DNA from: Candidatus Pelagibacter sp.
GTDB taxonomy: Bacteria; Pseudomonadota; Alphaproteobacteria; Pelagibacterales; Pelagibacteraceae
Assembly (NCBI GenBank): GCA_045567255.1
Contig: JBJLDH010000007.1
Span: forward strand, 14,002-78,001
Reading direction: 5' to 3'
DNA: 64,000 nt
In this document: positions 61,122-64,000 of the stretch, piece after piece
Numbering within the stretch: position 1 is the first letter of the stretch
How the letters are laid out: each line of letters starts with the position of its first letter
Made by a program: the position numbers and the translations under genes
Notes under the pieces: generated by a model
Databases searched by the model: none
What the model saw: the letters and a program-made list of their open reading frames with translations, nothing else
What the model was told of the DNA's origin: nothing

Positions 61122-61616
61122 ATGCTAATAATTGCAATAGATCCTGGAATTAATGGTGCAATTTGTTTCTTTGAAAATGGTAAAGTTATAGATGTTTTTG
61201 AGATGCCAACGATGGCTGAAGGGAAAAAAAATAAAAGGCAAGTTAATGGACACCAAATGTATAACGAATTATCTTACAGAATAAAAAAATATGACTCTCA
61301 GAACATAAATGTTGTAGTAGAACAAGTTTCAGCTATGCCTGGACAAGGTGTGACTAGTATGTTTAATTTTGGTCAATCATTTGGTGTTATCAAAGGAATT
61401 TGTGCTGCAATGCAATTGCCAATTTTTTTTATTAGGCCTGTAAAATGGAAAAAATATTTTGAATTAATTAATACACATAAAGACGCGAGTAGAACCAAAG
61501 CAATAGAAATGTTTCCAAAAATTTCTTCTATTTTGTCAAAGAAAAAAGATTCAAATAAAGCAGATGCGATATTAATTGCTAGTTTTTATGAAAATATTAT
61601 AAAAAATAATAAATAG
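61122..61616 (+). CDS. RuvC-fold Holliday junction resolvase, MOC1/phage-like type
   Basis: IAIDPGINGA, VVEQV...FNFGQSFG, PVKWK, KDASR, KADAILIA (D/E/D catalytic residues). Confidence 0.75.
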   Translation: MLIIAIDPGINGAICFFENGKVIDVFEMPTMAEGKKNKRQVNGHQMYNELSYRIKKYDSQNINVVVEQVSAMPGQGVTSMFNFGQSFGVIKGICAAMQLPIFFIRPVKWKKYFELINTHKDASRTKAIEMFPKISSILSKKKDSNKADAILIASFYENIIKNNK

Positions 61617-61666
61617 AACAGTTTTATAGTCAAATTCATGACACATTTTAGTGTGAAATCATTTAA

Positions 61667-62341
61667 ATGGAAGCTGATATAACATCACAAGCTGTAGGTC
61701 TTGCTAGCAATACTGATTTTTCAATAATAAGTTTATTTATAAGAGCAGACGTAATAGTAAAGTCTGTCATAATAATATTAATAGCAAGCTCAGTTTATTC
61801 TTGGGCAATAATTTTCGATAAAATAAGGATGTTTAGAAAAATAAATAAAGGTGCAGAAGAGTTTGAAGAAAAGTTCTGGAAATCTAAATCAGCAGAAACA
61901 TTTTATAATAACTTACCATCTTCATTAGACAACCCATTGGCACAAGTTTTTAAAGTATCAATGCAGACAGTTATTAAGTCTAGATCAAGATCAAATTTAA
62001 GTGAAAAACTAACTGGGATATTAGAAGTTAACATTGAAAAACAAATGAATATTATTGATAAAAATTATACTTTTCTTGCAACAGTTGGTTCAACAGCACC
62101 GTTCATTGGTTTATTCGGAACAGTCTGGGGAATTATGAATTCTTTTCAATCTATAGCAATATCAAGAAATACTAGTCTTGCGATTGTGGCTCCTGGTATT
62201 GCCGAAGCATTATTTGCGACTGCCCTAGGTTTATTGGCTGCAATACCAGCAGTCGTTGCTTACAATAAGTTTAGCAATGATTCAAAAAAATATTCTCAAA
62301 AGCTAGAAAATTTTTCAAAGAGATTTATTTCAATAATTTAA
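61667..62341 (+). CDS. tolQ: TolQ
   Basis: FLATVGSTAPFIGLFGTVWGIM, APGIAEALFATA. Confidence 0.97.
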   Translation: MEADITSQAVGLASNTDFSIISLFIRADVIVKSVIIILIASSVYSWAIIFDKIRMFRKINKGAEEFEEKFWKSKSAETFYNNLPSSLDNPLAQVFKVSMQTVIKSRSRSNLSEKLTGILEVNIEKQMNIIDKNYTFLATVGSTAPFIGLFGTVWGIMNSFQSIAISRNTSLAIVAPGIAEALFATALGLLAAIPAVVAYNKFSNDSKKYSQKLENFSKRFISII

Positions 62342-62342
62342 T

Positions 62343-62759
62343 ATGGCATTTAAGTTAAGACGTTCAGAAAAAGAACCAATTAGCGAAATAAATGTAACTC
62401 CTTTTGTAGATGTAATGTTAGTTCTTTTAATTATTTTTATGGTAACAGCGCCTCTATTAACAGTAGGAGTACAAGTTGACTTGCCAGAAACATCAGCAGA
62501 CACTTTGCCTGAGGAAACAGAACCTTTGACATTAACAATAAATGCTAAAGGTGAAATATTTATACAAGAAACTAAAGTAGAATATGAAAAAATAATTGCA
62601 AAAATTCTTGCAGTCTCAAATAACAGAACCGATACAAGAATTTTTGTAAGAGGAGATAAAACTATAAATTATGGAAGAGTTCTTGAAATAATGGGAATGC
62701 TATCAGGTTCTGGATTTACCAAAGTAGCCCTTATATCGGAACCTTATAAAGAAAGATAA
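62343..62759 (+). CDS. tolR: TolR
   Basis: EINVTPFVDVMLVLLIIFMVTAP. Confidence 0.96.
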   Translation: MAFKLRRSEKEPISEINVTPFVDVMLVLLIIFMVTAPLLTVGVQVDLPETSADTLPEETEPLTLTINAKGEIFIQETKVEYEKIIAKILAVSNNRTDTRIFVRGDKTINYGRVLEIMGMLSGSGFTKVALISEPYKER

Positions 62760-63726
62760 ATGTTGAGAAGTCTATTCATCTCTTCAGGTTTTCATTTAGG
62801 TATCATTATGTTAAGCATATTCACATTGCCGTTTATTGCAAAAAAACCAATTGATGTTCCTCCATTAGTTTCTGTTGAGCTAATAGAAATTGGAAAACTT
62901 ACAAATATTCCATTTGCACCTAAGGCAAAAAAAATAATTGAAAAAGTTAAAAAAAAAAATAATGAAAAAACTGATTTCGGAGCAAGCTCCACCAAAAAAA
63001 ATTAAAAAGGAAAAAAATAAAAAAATTAGTTTAGACAAAAACAATGCAAAAATTAAAGAAATTGCCCCCAAAAAAACACCAACTCCAGAAAATAAGATAA
63101 AAAAAGCAAAGAAAGAAAAACTAGAAGCAATTGCATTGCCCGATCAGGAAAAAAAACAAATTCAACTAAAAGAAGAAAAAAAACAAAAACCTTCAAAAAA
63201 AATTGAAAAAGAAAAAACAATTAAAGAAACAATAAAAACAAATACTCAAGATTCAAAGGTCAAACAAGTTTCAGAATTTGAAAAAAAAGAACTATTTGAT
63301 CCAAATAATATTGCAGCATTAATTGATAAATCGAAAGAAGATTTTGGAGAAACAAATAAAAAGTTAGATAAAATAACTCAATCTCAAGACTCATCTATGG
63401 ATTTTTCTAAATTAACTTTAAGTGAAGAAGATGCTTTAAAAGCACAAATTTTTGGTTGTTGGAGTATACCTTTAGGTTTACCATATAATGAAAATTTATT
63501 AGTCAGAATTAAATTAAAATTAAAACCGGATGGAACATTGGTAAAAACAGAAATATTGGATCACGCAAGAATGAATATGCCCGGTCAAGGATTTTATAAG
63601 GTTCTTGCAGAAAGCGCATTAAGAGCCATTCAATTGTGTCAGCCATTAAAAGTCCCAACTAGTGGATACGAAAGATGGAAAAATCTTCAATTAAACTTTG
63701 ATGCAAGAGAAATGTTGGGAGGATAA
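62760..63726 (+). CDS. tolA: TolA, one apparent homopolymer frameshift
   Basis: N-terminal SxxxH TM anchor (62760-63005) plus K/E-rich linker and C-terminal CW...AIQLCQP domain (62938-63726). The break is in the A-runs at 62949-62970. Confidence 0.85.
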
Positions 63727-64000
63727 TGAAAATAATAAAAATACTTTTAGCTATTTATTTATATTTTTTGATTAATGCCTCAAACTCTTTTTCTCTTATA
63801 GAAGTGGATATTACAAGAGGAAATCTAAATCCGTTGCCAATAGCTGTTTCTCCTCTTTATGAAAATAAAAAATCAAAAGAAAAATCTCAAAAAAAATTAA
63901 ATTTAGAAGACCTAGGTGCAGAAATTTCTATAGTCATAGAAAATAATTTAAAACAATCTGGATTATTTAATCCACTTAGTAAAGATGCGTTTTTACAAAA
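63726..64000 (+). CDS. tolB: TolB (5' part, runs off the window)
   Basis: ATG 63726, signal peptide, then LIEVDITRGNLNPLPIAVSP...NNLKQSGLFNPL. Follows tolA. Confidence 0.9.
   Translation, partial: MKIIKILLAIYLYFLINASNSFSLIEVDITRGNLNPLPIAVSPLYENKKSKEKSQKKLNLEDLGAEISIVIENNLKQSGLFNPLSKDAFLQ

Noticed and set aside
1492-63071. Many short antisense/alternate-frame ORFs in the track (e.g. 1492-1722, 2018-2311, 49170-49607, 60413-60730)
   Set aside because: They are shadows of well-supported genes, with F/L/I/S-rich composition expected from the antisense of A-rich coding DNA and no motifs.
62760-63726. tolA as two genes or a pseudogene
   Set aside because: A single indel in an A-run rejoins a normal TolA within an intact tolQRAB operon, so an assembly error is more parsimonious.
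1-64000. CRISPR arrays, IS elements, prophage or defence systems
   Set aside because: No regularly spaced repeats, transposase, integrase, phage structural or restriction/defence motifs were recognised.

Overview
Very AT-rich, densely coded alphaproteobacterial DNA whose gene content and order point to Pelagibacterales (SAR11). This is inferred from gene content and order, not from a database search. Bases 1-44155 are the distal part of a large cell-surface glycan island: nucleotide-sugar synthesis, glycosyltransferases, an ABC flippase, two O-ligase-like proteins and a WecA/MraY-like initiator. The island ends at a stand-alone 5S rRNA (44278-44393), matching the SAR11 HVR2 layout between the 23S and 5S genes. 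Core genes follow (rpmJ, pntAB, tRNA-fMet, rpsU, rpmE, suhB, efp, thiE, fba, pgk, gap, tkt, zapA, yebC, tolQRAB), with a two-methyltransferase insert beside tRNA-fMet. The most striking element is a contiguous 15-gene minus-strand cassette (43101->28207). Its enzyme-family set mirrors the lincomycin GDP-octose pathway (LmbR/N/P/K/O/M/L/Z). It includes a nucleotide-sugar dehydrogenase that lacks the catalytic Cys and is fused to an SDR. The cassette is flanked by a GtrB/GT-C-like pair and an sxtJ-sxtK-sxtI-sxtL-like carbamoylation module, which suggests a carbamoylated/methylated C8 (or C7) surface sugar. Other oddities are a MOC1-type resolvase in place of ruvC-ruvA-ruvB, no 6S RNA at its usual site, a likely AUU start for rpsU and a decayed cytochrome oxidase subunit IV remnant. 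At least seven frameshifts fall in homopolymer runs, including one in core tolA, and are most likely sequencing errors.
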